From: Armatimonadota bacterium
GTDB taxonomy: Bacteria; Armatimonadota; HRBIN16
Assembly (NCBI GenBank): GCA_040289885.1
Contig: PSLZ01000005.1
Location: 26,598-90,597, forward strand
Reading direction: 5' to 3'
Length of the DNA: 64,000 bases
In this document: piece after piece, positions 50,092-62,690 of the stretch
Position numbering within the stretch: the first letter of the stretch is position 1
How the letters are laid out: every line of letters starts with the position of its first letter
Translations under genes and position numbers: made by a program
Notes under the pieces: generated by a model
Told to the model about the DNA's origin: nothing
What the model saw: the letters and a program-made list of their open reading frames with translations, nothing else
Database searches by the model: none

Positions 50092-51369
50092 TCACACCCA
50101 CTTGATGCCGATGTCGGTGCGATAGTGCATGTATTCGAATCGGATACACCGCACGGCGTCGTACGCTCTGCCTCGCGCCTGCGCCAGCGTATCGCCCAGT
50201 GCAGTGACGCCCAGCACGCGCCCGCCAGCAGTGACGATCTTGTCGCCTTCCTTGCGCGTGCCGGCATGAAAGACCACGCACTCCGGCACTTGCGCCGCCT
50301 CCTCCAGCCCTTCGATGGGGAAGCCGGTCTCATATTTGCCCGGGTAACCGCCGGAAGTGATCACCACACACACGGCATAGCGTGGCTTCCACTGCAGGAC
50401 GATCTCGTCCAGACGGCACTCTACCGCCGCCTGCATGATCTCCACCAGGTCGTTCTCCAGCAAGGGGAGCACTGCCTGTGTCTCCGGATCGCCAAACCGT
50501 ACGTTGAACTCAAGCGTCTTCAACCCATCCTGGGTCACCATCGTGCCTGCGTAAAGCACCCCCCGGAAGGGGATGCCCGCATCGCGGGTAGCACGGATGG
50601 CTGGGTGGATAATCTGCTCCATCGCCTGCTGGTGCAGTTCCGGCGTTAAGATGCGCAGGGGACAGATACTGCCCATACCGCCCGTGTTCGCCCCTCTGTC
50701 GTTGTCCAGCGCGCGCTTATAGTCCTGAACGGGTGGCATCGGCAGGACGGTCACGCCGTCAGTGAACGCCATTAGGGAGGCTTCCTCCCCGCTTAGTACC
50801 TCCTCCACGACGATGCGCGCCCCTGCCTCGCCCAGCACGCGCTCCTCCATCAGCGAGCGAATGACCTCCAACGCCTCATCCAGCTGGTGCACCACAAAGA
50901 CGCCTTTCCCTGCCGCCTCGCCGTCCGCCTTGATTACCAGCCCCTTTGCCCCCTCGCGGAAACGCTGGTGCACATACGCCGCCGCCGCATGCGGGTCACT
51001 GAAGGCAGAGAAATCGGCGGTCGGGATGCGATAGCGGCGCATCACTTCCTTCGCGTAAACCTTGCTTCCCTCCAGACGCGCAGGCTCCTTGCTCGGACCG
51101 AACACGGCCAGCCCGCGCCTTTCAAACACGTCTACCACTCCAGCAATCAGCGGCGATTCGGGACCGACCACCGTTAGGTCAACTCGGTTGCGTTCCGCGA
51201 AATTCGCCAGGCTCTCGATGTCGGTCGCCTTCAACGCCACGCACTCTGCCAGCTCGGCGATGCCGGCGTTGCCCGGCGCCGCGTAGATTTTACTCACCTT
51301 TGGGCTCTGCGCGATCTTCCAGACAAGAGCATGTTCGCGCCCGCCCCCACCGATCACCAGTACTCTCAC
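50092..51369 (-). CDS. purD: phosphoribosylamine--glycine ligase
   Basis: MRVLVIGGGGREHALVWK; ATP-grasp; full length 425 aa. Confidence 0.95.
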   Translation of the reverse strand: MRVLVIGGGGREHALVWKIAQSPKVSKIYAAPGNAGIAELAECVALKATDIESLANFAERNRVDLTVVGPESPLIAGVVDVFERRGLAVFGPSKEPARLEGSKVYAKEVMRRYRIPTADFSAFSDPHAAAAYVHQRFREGAKGLVIKADGEAAGKGVFVVHQLDEALEVIRSLMEERVLGEAGARIVVEEVLSGEEASLMAFTDGVTVLPMPPVQDYKRALDNDRGANTGGMGSICPLRILTPELHQQAMEQIIHPAIRATRDAGIPFRGVLYAGTMVTQDGLKTLEFNVRFGDPETQAVLPLLENDLVEIMQAAVECRLDEIVLQWKPRYAVCVVITSGGYPGKYETGFPIEGLEEAAQVPECVVFHAGTRKEGDKIVTAGGRVLGVTALGDTLAQARGRAYDAVRCIRFEYMHYRTDIGIKWV

Positions 51370-51372
51370 CCG

Positions 51373-52770
51373 TTACTCCTCCCGATGCCTCTCCAACGGC
51401 ACAAACCGCGCATAGTCGGGCTTAAACCCCACCCGCACGGTGCCCGTCGGGCCGTTCCGCTGTTTGGCAATGATAATCTCTGCTTCCTCTACCCGCCCCT
51501 CTTCGCGAGGCAAAGTGCCCGACTCGATATCCTCGGATGACACCGCCTCCTTCATCGCGTAGTATTCGGGGCGATAGATGAAAGCCACCACGTCTGCCTC
51601 CGCCTCGATGGAGCCGCTCTCGCGCAGGTCCGAAAGCATGGGACGCTTGTTCTCGCGATGCTCTACGGCACGGGAGAGTTGCGACAGGGCGATAATCGGC
51701 ACCCGCAGCTCTCGCGCCAGCCCCTTCAATGCACGCGCAATATCCGAAATCTCCTGCGTGCGGTTCTCAGAACGCCGGTGACTGCGCATTAACTGCAGAT
51801 AGTCCACAATCACCAGGTCCAGCCCGTGTTCGGCACGCAGACGCCGACATTTCGCGCGCATCTCGAGCGCAGAGACATCGGGCGTGTCGTCAATGAAAAT
51901 CTTTGCCTCCCACAGGTCCTGGATCGCCCGGGATATCTTGTTCCAAGCCGTCTCGGGCAGCATCCCCAACCGCAAGCGATGGGCGTTGACCTCCGCCTGC
52001 GAACAGATCATGCGCTGAACCAGTTGCTCTTTGGACATCTCCAGGCTGAAGATAGCTACCGTCTTCTTCTCATGCAGAGCAACATGCTCGCCGATGTTCA
52101 GACACAAGCTCGTCTTGCCCATGCTCGGACGCGCCGCGATGATCACCAGGTCGGAAGGTTGCAGTCCCGCGGTGATATAATCCAGTTCGCGGAAGCCGGT
52201 GCTCAACCCTGTAACCAGCTTCCGCTCGTGATAAAAGGCTTCAAAGCGATCAAACGCTTCGCCCAGCAGGGGACGGATACTCTCAAAGCCCTTACCGATA
52301 CGCCGCTGAGCCACGCGGTAGATGGCGCTCTCCGCCCGGTCAGTTACGTCGGCAATGGTCAGTGGCTCCTCTTCTTCGTCCGTCGACGCCGCCAAATGGA
52401 TGATCTCCTGCGCCGCGCTGATCAGTCGCCGACGGATAGCATACTCTTCCACAATGCCGGCATAGTAGTCCACGTTGGCTGCGCTAGGCACGCTGTCAAT
52501 CAGGGTGGTTAGGTAGGCAATCCCGCCTACCTCCTCCAACTTCCCCCGCCTCTGCAGTTCCTCGCTGACTGTGACCAGGTCCGCAGGTTCGTTCCGGCTG
52601 GAGAGGGTTACCAGCACGTCGAAGATGACCTTGTGCGCCTCCCGGTAGAAATCGTCCGGTGAGAGGAACTCGCTAACGCGCTCGATGGCCGTGCCATCTA
52701 TCATCATCGAGCCCAGCGTGGCGATCTCCGCATCGAGGTTGTGCGGTAGGGCGCGCAGGAGCTCGCTCAT
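51373..52770 (-). CDS. dnaB: replicative DNA helicase
   Basis: DnaB N-terminal domain + RecA-like domain (Walker A GARPSMGKTS); start at MSELLRALPHNLDAE. Confidence 0.93.
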   Translation of the reverse strand: MSELLRALPHNLDAEIATLGSMMIDGTAIERVSEFLSPDDFYREAHKVIFDVLVTLSSRNEPADLVTVSEELQRRGKLEEVGGIAYLTTLIDSVPSAANVDYYAGIVEEYAIRRRLISAAQEIIHLAASTDEEEEPLTIADVTDRAESAIYRVAQRRIGKGFESIRPLLGEAFDRFEAFYHERKLVTGLSTGFRELDYITAGLQPSDLVIIAARPSMGKTSLCLNIGEHVALHEKKTVAIFSLEMSKEQLVQRMICSQAEVNAHRLRLGMLPETAWNKISRAIQDLWEAKIFIDDTPDVSALEMRAKCRRLRAEHGLDLVIVDYLQLMRSHRRSENRTQEISDIARALKGLARELRVPIIALSQLSRAVEHRENKRPMLSDLRESGSIEAEADVVAFIYRPEYYAMKEAVSSEDIESGTLPREEGRVEEAEIIIAKQRNGPTGTVRVGFKPDYARFVPLERHREE

Positions 52771-52828
52771 GCGCACCTCTTGCCCACTCTGTCGGTTCGA
52801 GCTCTTTCTCATGGAACCACACCACGCT

Positions 52829-53290
52829 TCACGCAGAGGACTCTTGAGGCACTACCTCTACTCTCAGCGTCAGGTTGACATCGTGGTGCAGGTGCAGGGC
52901 GACTTCGTAATCGCCCAGCGACTTGATCGGCTCCAGAAGGGCGATCTTGCGCTTGTCTACCTTAACGTGATACTGCTGGGCAATCGCGTCGGCGATGTGC
53001 TGAGCGGTAACCGCACCGAACAGCTTGGTAGTGCCTTTGCCCGCATGCGCTTTCACTGTGACGGTCTTGCCCCTCAGCACTTCCGCCACCTGCTTCGCCT
53101 CCTGCGCCGCTTTCTCCGCACGTTGTGCCTCCTGACGCTGGCGCAGTTCGATGTTCTTCATCGCCCCTTTGTTCGCCTCAATCGCTAGCCCGCGCGGGAA
53201 TAGATAGTTCCGCGCATACCCCTCGGAAACGTTGACCACCTCGCCGTGCTTCCCCAGCGAGGGCACATCGCGCGTCAGTATCACCTTCAT
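52829..53290 (-). CDS. rplI: 50S ribosomal protein L9
   Basis: MKVILTRDVPSLGKHGEVVNVSEGYARNYLFPRGLA; conserved rplI-dnaB arrangement. Confidence 0.93.
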   Translation of the reverse strand: MKVILTRDVPSLGKHGEVVNVSEGYARNYLFPRGLAIEANKGAMKNIELRQRQEAQRAEKAAQEAKQVAEVLRGKTVTVKAHAGKGTTKLFGAVTAQHIADAIAQQYHVKVDKRKIALLEPIKSLGDYEVALHLHHDVNLTLRVEVVPQESSA

Positions 53291-53322
53291 CGCCATCGGT
53301 GTCATGCCTCCTCTGATGATGC

Positions 53323-54705
53323 TTACCGTGTTAACTGCAAACCAATCACCGGCTGGTTGCCGTTAAAGAGGCTGTCAATGCCCATCCACAGGCTCCAGTC
53401 CGCGCTCAAGTTCAGCCTCGCCCGCGTGTTGATCTGCAAATCGTTCGGGTTGAACACATCGGCGCGCACACTCAACTTCCGCCCCACTCTCCAGTCCAGC
53501 CCGACGCCCGGTTTGGAGGCGTACAAGCCATACCGCAAATTCAGGGTCGGCGTTAACTGCGAGCCATACTGTATGATGAACTTGTTGCTCTCCGTCACAT
53601 CATAAACGCCCAGATAGAAGAAGCGGTTATCGCGATAGGGAAACGAGAGCGTCAAATCGGTGCGAAAGTGCCCGTCCCGCAACCGCCCGAACACGTCCAG
53701 CGAGACGTCCATGGGACGAATGGACAGCTTGCTGGGCTGTATCAATCGCTCGACGAAACGGTTGATCCTCTCCGTAGCCTGACGCGCCTCCGTGAGCGTC
53801 GCCCGGGCCTCGGCGACCGTCGCGCGCACGTTCTGCCGCAGCTCCTCATCCCCCGTGTACTTGCCGATATCGTCCGCGATACGGTTCAGCTTCACGCTCA
53901 GCGCGCTCATCTCTTGCGCCACGTCACGCAGGTTTTGCTGAATCTTCTCATCGCTGACGAAGCGGTCGAAACTCTCGGTAGCGTGCTGGGCGGTGCGCAC
54001 CAGCTCGCGCGACTGTTCCAACAGTCCCTGCAGGTCCTCTACCACCTGCGGCAACATCCGGGTGGAGCGTCGAGTGTCCTGAACAACCGCATCGAACGAC
54101 CGCCCCGCGCTGGCAAGCAGTTTCTGTGCCTGCTCCACCACCACCGTCAGGCGTGCCGACGCCTGCTCGACGTTTCTCAAGATCTGCTTGATGCTCGCCT
54201 GCATCTCCGCATCGCGATACATGTCAATCAGCACGCTGGCGGAACGCACCAGTTTCTGCACGTCGCGCAGGGCTTCCTGGGCAACAGGCGCGAGGTCGCT
54301 GATGCTCGGCTCCTTGGTGCCGCGTATCTCCGAACCTTCACCCACACATCGAGGCGATCTGCCCGGAACCAACGCGATCAGTTTGTCTACGCCAGCAATA
54401 CCAGGCGACATCACCACCGCCGTCGAGTCTTCCGGGATCACCACGTCCTTGCGCACCGCCATCCGCACGCGCGCACGGAGATCGGGCGTTAACCACACCT
54501 TCTGCACCTCGCCAACCTCTACGCCCGCCAGATACACCCTTGCCTGCTCGCGGATGCCCAGTGCGTCCGAAAACACCGCCTCGATGTGATATACCCGCTG
54601 TGCCGCTAGTGCTCCCCGCAGATAGACCACTGTTGCCACAATCCACACGCCCGCCAGAATGATGGTTAGCCCTACCAGAAAGACCGCCTTACGCGAGGTA
54701 ATCAT
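53323..54705 (-). CDS. MCE/MlaD family protein with long C-terminal coiled-coil region
   Basis: N-terminal TM helix + MCE domain (YHIEAVFSDALGIREQARVYLAGVEVGEV); overlaps mlaF-like stop (ATGA). Confidence 0.75.
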   Translation of the reverse strand: MITSRKAVFLVGLTIILAGVWIVATVVYLRGALAAQRVYHIEAVFSDALGIREQARVYLAGVEVGEVQKVWLTPDLRARVRMAVRKDVVIPEDSTAVVMSPGIAGVDKLIALVPGRSPRCVGEGSEIRGTKEPSISDLAPVAQEALRDVQKLVRSASVLIDMYRDAEMQASIKQILRNVEQASARLTVVVEQAQKLLASAGRSFDAVVQDTRRSTRMLPQVVEDLQGLLEQSRELVRTAQHATESFDRFVSDEKIQQNLRDVAQEMSALSVKLNRIADDIGKYTGDEELRQNVRATVAEARATLTEARQATERINRFVERLIQPSKLSIRPMDVSLDVFGRLRDGHFRTDLTLSFPYRDNRFFYLGVYDVTESNKFIIQYGSQLTPTLNLRYGLYASKPGVGLDWRVGRKLSVRADVFNPNDLQINTRARLNLSADWSLWMGIDSLFNGNQPVIGLQLTR

Positions 54706-55499
54706 CGGTCACGCTCCTGTACCGTCGCGGTTTGCTCATCCTGCACAATGCCACCAGCCCGCAGGAAACGGTGTACGACAGGGTTCGGGTTCGCACGCAG
54801 TTCCTCCGGCGAGCCACAGGCGATAATGCGCCCTTCGTGAAGCATGGCGACCCTGTCCGCAATATGGAACACACTGGTCAGGTCATGTGAAACCACCAGA
54901 GCCGTGACACTCAAACGGCGCGTGGTGTCCACAATCAGGTTATCGATGGTTTCCGCCATAATCGGGTCCAAACCTGCTGTCGGCTCGTCGTACAGCACGA
55001 TTTTGGGGTTCATCGCTAGCGCACGCGCCAGCCCCACCCGCTTCTGCATCCCCCCAGAGAGCTGGGCGGGATACAGTTGCTCGGTTCCTGCCATGCCCAC
55101 CATCTCGAGCCTCTGCTTCACGATCTCCGCCACTTCCTTCTCGCGGCGGGTGATGTGGCGCCGTACCCCAAACGCCACGTTGTCGTACACCGTCAGCGAG
55201 TCAAACAGCGCCGCATACTGAAACACCAGCCCCACCTGTTTGCGGATGGGCGTCAGCCCCACCTCCGACAGGCGTGAGATCTCGGTGTCCCCAATCCATA
55301 TCTGACCGCGCTGAGGCTTGATCAATCCCCCCACCAGCTTCAACAACGTCGTCTTGCCACAACCCGATGGACCCATGATAGCAAAAATCTCACCCGTGCG
55401 CACCTCTAAGGAGACGCCCTGCAGTACCCATCGCGAGTCCACCTCGTACCACACGTCCACCACGCGCACTGCGCTCTGTGCCTGCGATTGCTCCCTCAT
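54702..55499 (-). CDS. ABC transporter ATP-binding protein, MlaF-like
   Basis: Walker [10 protein letters not shown], signature LSGGMQKRV, Walker B LYDEPTAGLD; start ATG 55499 overlapping permease stop. Confidence 0.85.
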   Translation of the reverse strand: MREQSQAQSAVRVVDVWYEVDSRWVLQGVSLEVRTGEIFAIMGPSGCGKTTLLKLVGGLIKPQRGQIWIGDTEISRLSEVGLTPIRKQVGLVFQYAALFDSLTVYDNVAFGVRRHITRREKEVAEIVKQRLEMVGMAGTEQLYPAQLSGGMQKRVGLARALAMNPKIVLYDEPTAGLDPIMAETIDNLIVDTTRRLSVTALVVSHDLTSVFHIADRVAMLHEGRIIACGSPEELRANPNPVVHRFLRAGGIVQDEQTATVQERDR

Positions 55500-56290
55500 C
55501 GCCCACCAAAAAGCAGATATGCCAGCACAAAGTTTGTGACATAGATCAACAGCACGGTAACTACCACGCTGTTCGTGGTCGCCTGCCCCACGCCCGCCGC
55601 GCCACCCTCGGTGCGCAACCCCGCACGACAACCGACCAGTGCCACAATGGCTCCAAACACCACCGTCTTCAAAAGCCCGGCAAACACATCGTAAGTGTCT
55701 ACCAAGTCCCGAATGCCCATCAGATACGAGGTGGAAGACACCCCTATCGGCACGGCGACCGCATAGCCACCGAACACCCCCGTCACGAACGCCAGCACCC
55801 CCAGCGCTGGTAACATGGTCAAACAGGCAATCAGGCGCGGCACCACCAAATACTGAACCGGGGGCACAGCCAGCGCACGCAAGGCGTCCACTTGCTCGGT
55901 GACCTTCATGCTACCGATCTCCGCCGCGATCGCCGACGCCGAACGCGCCGCCACTACCACCCCTGTCACCACCGGACCCAGCTCCCGAGCCATCGCGAGG
56001 GCAACCGCGCCGCCAGCTAGCGACCCCACCCCGAACTCTAGCATCAGCTTCGTCGAATACAGTGCCAGCACCGCTCCGGTGAATCCGCTGGTAATGACCA
56101 CCATCGGCACTGCCTGCGCCCCGATAATCGCCATCTGCGTCACCGTCTCGCGAAGCTCCCATCGCCCGCGAAGCACAAACCCTATCGCCTGTGCCAGCAG
56201 AATGCCGATATCGCCCACAAACAGCACTACCTGAGTGGCTTGCTCGGCGAGATGAAACCAGGGATAACGCATCGGCGCTCGTGTCTGCAT
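55496..56290 (-). CDS. ABC transporter permease, MlaE family
   Basis: ~265 aa, 5-6 TM, MlaE-like conserved region; short leader downstream of a TTGACA/TATACT promoter. Confidence 0.8.
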   Translation of the reverse strand: MQTRAPMRYPWFHLAEQATQVVLFVGDIGILLAQAIGFVLRGRWELRETVTQMAIIGAQAVPMVVITSGFTGAVLALYSTKLMLEFGVGSLAGGAVALAMARELGPVVTGVVVAARSASAIAAEIGSMKVTEQVDALRALAVPPVQYLVVPRLIACLTMLPALGVLAFVTGVFGGYAVAVPIGVSSTSYLMGIRDLVDTYDVFAGLLKTVVFGAIVALVGCRAGLRTEGGAAGVGQATTNSVVVTVLLIYVTNFVLAYLLFGGR

Positions 56291-56305
56291 TTCCGTTGCG
56301 CTAAC

Positions 56306-56335
56306 AGTATAGTCTCTACAAACCCCGCTTGTCAA
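56306..56335 (-). promoter_or_regulatory. sigma-70 type promoter (minus strand; -35 TTGACA, 18-bp spacer, -10 TATACT) for the mlaE-F-D-like operon
   Basis: Reverse complement of 56306-56335 reads TTGACAagcggggtttgtagagacTATACT; divergent from gyrB. Confidence 0.55.
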
Positions 56336-56394
56336 CACATCGCGCGCAAGATTGGGGTTTAGGCTTTCACCTCCCACAATATTTGACAACCTGA

Positions 56395-58503
<2,109 letters not shown>

Positions 58504-58568
58504 GGTGACAGCCACGGCAATGCCTTCACGCCGGCTGACTGCTCTAGCCGTCCACCATGAAGGACCCG

Positions 58569-59699
58569 CTATCGGTACAACAGATACTTTGCCCGGTGCC
58601 GCCGAAACGCTCCAGCCTGACTCTGCATATGCGCCCAAACCTCATCCGCATCCGCACCTTTTTCCACCATGTGATACGCCTTCCCGTCGGTCAACAACGT
58701 TATCAGACGCTCGTATGCCCACTCACGCGGGTGCAATCGCCGCAGGGCACAAGCCAGCTCCACCCCCAATCGCACCGGCTGGAACCGCCTTCTGTCCACC
58801 ACGGTGAAACGCAGACCCTGACAGACCTCCCCCGCGAATTTGCTGGCGCTAGGCGTGAACTGGACAGGCATGCAGGCGAAGCCAGGCAGGTTACGCTTCA
58901 ACAGATGCTCGCACAGGGCGGAGGCATTGAGCCACGGCGCACCGAACACCTCAAAGGGTGCATCCGTCCCCCTGCCGACCGAGACGTTGGTGAACTCCAG
59001 CAGTCCCACTCCCGGATACAGCGTCGCTGAGGTGAGACTGCGCATGTTCGGTGAGGGATTGACCCAGCGCAAGCCCGTGGTATCGTACCACATCTCGCGT
59101 TTCCAGCCCCCACAGGCGACCACCTGCAGGTCACATCGCGGCGCACGCTCCGCCTGAAACAGCTTCGCCAGCTCGCCAACCGTCATCCCGTGACGCAGAG
59201 GGATGGAATGATACGCCACAAACGAGTGTTTGTCCTTATCGGTCAGGCTCCCCTCCACCGCCACGCCGTTGATGGGGTTCACCCGGTCCAGTACTACCAG
59301 GCGCACCCCATACTGCGCCGACGACTCCATTGCCAGCCCCAGTGTGGAGATGTAGGTATAAAACCGACAGCCGATGTCCTGAATATCGAACACCAGCGCG
59401 TCCACGTGGCGAAGCATCTCCGCCGTGGGCGACTTGTGCTCACCATACAGGCTGAAGATAGGCAAGCCGGTTTCGGGATGTCGGGCGTCTTTCACCGGCT
59501 CGTCCACCACGCCCGCGAAGCCGTGTTCCGGGCTGAACAGCGCGGAGAGCTGTACCCCCACATCCAGCAGGGCGCGCCAGGTGGGAACACCTGCTCGGGT
59601 CAAACCCGTGTGGTTGGTGATCAGCCCCACACGTAGTCCGTCCAGAGCCCTCGCACCCTGGTCTATCAGTACATCGATCCCGTTGTGCACCCCGGGCAT
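58569..59699 (-). CDS. DUF1343 family protein, NamZ/YbbC-like exo-beta-N-acetylmuramidase
   Basis: 376 aa from MPGVHNGIDVLIDQGARALDGLRVGLITNHTG; RBS GGAGGAG; ORF-track upstream 151 aa look spurious. Confidence 0.65.
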   Translation of the reverse strand: MPGVHNGIDVLIDQGARALDGLRVGLITNHTGLTRAGVPTWRALLDVGVQLSALFSPEHGFAGVVDEPVKDARHPETGLPIFSLYGEHKSPTAEMLRHVDALVFDIQDIGCRFYTYISTLGLAMESSAQYGVRLVVLDRVNPINGVAVEGSLTDKDKHSFVAYHSIPLRHGMTVGELAKLFQAERAPRCDLQVVACGGWKREMWYDTTGLRWVNPSPNMRSLTSATLYPGVGLLEFTNVSVGRGTDAPFEVFGAPWLNASALCEHLLKRNLPGFACMPVQFTPSASKFAGEVCQGLRFTVVDRRRFQPVRLGVELACALRRLHPREWAYERLITLLTDGKAYHMVEKGADADEVWAHMQSQAGAFRRHRAKYLLYR

Positions 59700-59740
59700 G
59701 GTTTTTCTCCTCCGAATCACTCCGTCATCTCCCCGATTCG

Positions 59741-59812
59741 CAAATTTGCACCAATTTTTCCTCTCGGAGGCGCAAAATCCCCGTTTTTGGCACGATTCTT
59801 GTGTATAGGAGA
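59741..59812 (+). promoter_or_regulatory. sigma-54 promoter module (plus strand): ...CACCAATTTTTCC...AAAATCCCCGTTTTTGGCACGATTCTTGTGTATAGG
   Basis: -24 TGGCAC 59788-59793, -12 TTGTG 59799-59803; ~60 nt upstream of a secreted-protein gene; third copy of the module. Confidence 0.55.
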
Positions 59813-59862
59813 TGATGGTTGGTCTAGTGACTAATCGATACCACTTCACGGAGGAAAACGCC

Positions 59863-60315
59863 ATGAACAAACATCTCGCTTTGTGGAGCCTGGCTGTGGC
59901 TGTTCTGCTCATGGCAGTGCCCGCGCTCGCACAGACATGGGTGCCTGTGGGAACAGCCGAAGGCGGTATCGCGGTGTATTTTAACGACACCAACGAGGTA
60001 CCCACGAACGTTTCGTACATCCGGGTGCAGTACGCCAACTCCACCACCAACGTGAACGGGGCTTCTATCAGCATGTTGGAACCGTTTAAGACCATCTTTG
60101 GTGACTTGGGGCAGTACGGGTTTGACGGTATCGCCCTTGCGCCCACGAACACGAACCCGCACGCTCTTCAGCGTGGGGCTGTTGCCGATTGGAACGTGGC
60201 TTCGTCGTCGGAAGGCGTAATAAAGAAAAGACGCGATAGCGGTATGGCTCACAGCCCGGCACATAGCCTGCCGGGCTGTGTGGTATACAGCCTCTGGCAG
60301 GATATGTTATCATAA
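59863..60315 (+). CDS. secreted hypothetical protein (sigma-54 module upstream; no PEP-CTERM tail as read)
   Basis: RBS GGAGG 8 nt before ATG 59863; signal peptide [25 protein letters not shown]; a perfect hairpin cagcccggca-N7-tgccgggctg lies inside the last 60 nt of the ORF. Confidence 0.6.
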   Translation: MNKHLALWSLAVAVLLMAVPALAQTWVPVGTAEGGIAVYFNDTNEVPTNVSYIRVQYANSTTNVNGASISMLEPFKTIFGDLGQYGFDGIALAPTNTNPHALQRGAVADWNVASSSEGVIKKRRDSGMAHSPAHSLPGCVVYSLWQDMLS

Positions 60316-60376
60316 GAATGCCCCTGCTGTTGGGGGCGATATCCGTCACGCACCATCACGACAGGAGCACAAGAAC

Positions 60377-60790
60377 ATGAAATCGGCAACCAAATACCTG
60401 TGGTTCAATACCGCCAAACGGCGCGAATATATCAACATCACGGACGAAGTGGAGCAGTTCGTTCGGGAGAGCGGTATTCAGGAAGGCTTCGTGCTGGTGA
60501 GCGCAATGCATATCACCGCAGGTGTCTACGTCAACGACGCCGAGAGCGGACTGATCGCCGACATCGATGAATGGCTGGAGAAACTAGCGCCCTACCGCCC
60601 CGACTACCGCCATCATCGCACCGGCGAGGATAACGGCGACGCTCACCTCAAAAGCCTGCTCATCCACCACGAGGTAATCGTGCCTATTACCAACGGCAGA
60701 TTGGACCTGGGTCCCTGGCAGCAGATCTATTACGCCGAGTTTGACGGACAGCGGCGCAAACGGGTAATATTGAAGGCGATAGGAGAATAA
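60377..60790 (+). CDS. YjbQ family protein (UPF0047; secondary thiamine-phosphate synthase enzyme)
   Basis: [25 protein letters not shown]...[18 protein letters not shown]...; RBS AGGAG. Confidence 0.75.
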   Translation: MKSATKYLWFNTAKRREYINITDEVEQFVRESGIQEGFVLVSAMHITAGVYVNDAESGLIADIDEWLEKLAPYRPDYRHHRTGEDNGDAHLKSLLIHHEVIVPITNGRLDLGPWQQIYYAEFDGQRRKRVILKAIGE

Positions 60791-60905
60791 GAAGCCCATC
60801 TCTACCCTGGCGGGATGCCCAATCCGCCACGGGCAAGGGAGGCTTGCCTGTATCGGACAGCCGAGGGGCTGTCATCACAACGATGGGGTAGGAGGTTAAC
60901 AAACC

Positions 60906-62690
60906 ATGTACCGCAACCTCTGCACCGTGCTCGCCGAGGTTGCCGACCGGCAACCCCACCATCCGGCACTGGTGCGAATCCTCAAAGGACAGACCTATCC
61001 CCTGACCTATGGGGAGTATCTGCGTCGCGTTATTCACCTCAGCGCGGGGCTAGAGGCAACAGGGGTCTCGTCCGGTGACCGCGTGCTCTTGCTCTCCGAA
61101 AACCGCCCCGAGTGGGTTATCAGCGACTACGCCTTGCTCTCGCTGGGCGCCATTGTGGTTCCCGTCTACCCATCCCTGCCTGCCAGCCAGATCGAGTACC
61201 TCGCACGCGATAGCGGCGCCAGAGCCATCATCGTCTCCGACGAAAAGCACTACCACAAGGCGGTGGAGGTAAGCCGGGCGGTGCCCCAGTTGGAGACCAT
61301 CGTCGTGATGGACCCACCCGCTGAGCTCGCCAGCAACGCCATCACCTTCGCCGACATCGAACGACGCGGTGCAGAGGTCGCCAACGCCGAAGCCCGCTTC
61401 CGCGAACGCATCGCCCAGATACCACCCACTCACATCGCGACCTTCATCTACACCAGCGGCACCACCGGCGAGCCCAAAGGTGCGATGCTGACCCACAACA
61501 ACCTGTTGTCTAACGTGGAGGCAAGCCTGCAAATCATCGATGCGGGTCCCGAGGACGTCTTCCTCTCCTTCTTGCCTCTCAGCCACGTCTTCGAGCGGAT
61601 GGGCGGGCATTTCACCGCTGTCGCCTGCGGAGCAACTGTCTACTATTGCGAAACGCTGTTCACCACCGCGCGTGACATGCAGATCGCCCGCCCGACCGTG
61701 ATGCTGGCGGTGCCACGCCTGTTCCAGAGCATGCGCGACCGAATCATGGAAGGGGTAACTAAACAGCCCCCGCTCCGACGGCGAATCTTTCACTGGGCGT
61801 TGCGCAACGCCTCTAAATCAGCGCAGGCACTACGCGGGGAGCGACGCTGGACGCCCTGGCTTCGTCTCAAATACCGCCTTGCCGACCGACTGGTTCTCCA
61901 GAAGATTCGCGCCTTCACCGGTGGGCGGTTGCGCTTCTTCATATCGGGAGGGGCGGCGCTGGGCAAACACAACGCCGAGTTCTTCCATGCCTTTGGCATC
62001 CTGATCCTGGAAGGCTACGGGCTGACCGAAACCTCACCGGTCGTGGCGGTCAACCGCCCCGATGATTACCGCTTCGGCACGGTGGGCAAACCTATTCCGG
62101 GCGTGGAGGTGCGGATCGCGGAAGACGGCGAAATCCTGGTACGCGGCCCCAATGTGATGCTCGGCTACTATCACAAACCCGCCGAAACCGCCGAGGTGAT
62201 CGACCCCGAAGGTTGGTTCCACACCGGCGACCTAGGTGCCATCAACGCCGACGGCTTCCTGAGCATCACCGGGCGCAAAAAAGACATCATCGTGCTGGCG
62301 AACGGCAAGAACGTCTCGCCCGTGCCCATCGAGGAGCAGATCAAAACCAGCCCCTACATCTCGGAAGCGGTGCTGTTCGGTGACGAGCAGGACATCATCA
62401 CCGCCCTCATCGTGCCTCAGTTCGAACGCCTGCGCGAGTGGGCGAACCTGCAGGGTTTAACCTTCCAAAGCGACGCCGAGCTGGTCAGCCTGCCAGAGGT
62501 CAAACAGCTCATCAAGCAGGAGATCGACCGCCTCACCGCCCACCTCGCGGAGTTCGAAAAGGTCCGGCGGTTCACTTTGCTCGACCATCCCTTCAGCATC
62601 GAGACGGGCGAACTGACCCCAACGCTGAAGGTACGAAGGCACTTTATCAAACAGCGCTACGCCAAGGAGCTCGCGGCGATGGCGCGATAA
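60906..62690 (+). CDS. long-chain fatty acid--CoA ligase (AMP-dependent synthetase/ligase)
   Basis: AMP-binding motif YTSGTTGEPKGAMLTHNN; full ANL superfamily architecture; RBS GGAGG. Confidence 0.88.
   Translation: MYRNLCTVLAEVADRQPHHPALVRILKGQTYPLTYGEYLRRVIHLSAGLEATGVSSGDRVLLLSENRPEWVISDYALLSLGAIVVPVYPSLPASQIEYLARDSGARAIIVSDEKHYHKAVEVSRAVPQLETIVVMDPPAELASNAITFADIERRGAEVANAEARFRERIAQIPPTHIATFIYTSGTTGEPKGAMLTHNNLLSNVEASLQIIDAGPEDVFLSFLPLSHVFERMGGHFTAVACGATVYYCETLFTTARDMQIARPTVMLAVPRLFQSMRDRIMEGVTKQPPLRRRIFHWALRNASKSAQALRGERRWTPWLRLKYRLADRLVLQKIRAFTGGRLRFFISGGAALGKHNAEFFHAFGILILEGYGLTETSPVVAVNRPDDYRFGTVGKPIPGVEVRIAEDGEILVRGPNVMLGYYHKPAETAEVIDPEGWFHTGDLGAINADGFLSITGRKKDIIVLANGKNVSPVPIEEQIKTSPYISEAVLFGDEQDIITALIVPQFERLREWANLQGLTFQSDAELVSLPEVKQLIKQEIDRLTAHLAEFEKVRRFTLLDHPFSIETGELTPTLKVRRHFIKQRYAKELAAMAR

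Noticed and set aside
58569-60152. Full 527-aa ORF for the DUF1343 gene
   Set aside because: First 151 aa are low-complexity, overlap the sigma-54 module region, and lack an RBS; the conserved NamZ-like N-terminus begins at MPGVHNG (59699) with GGAGGAG upstream.
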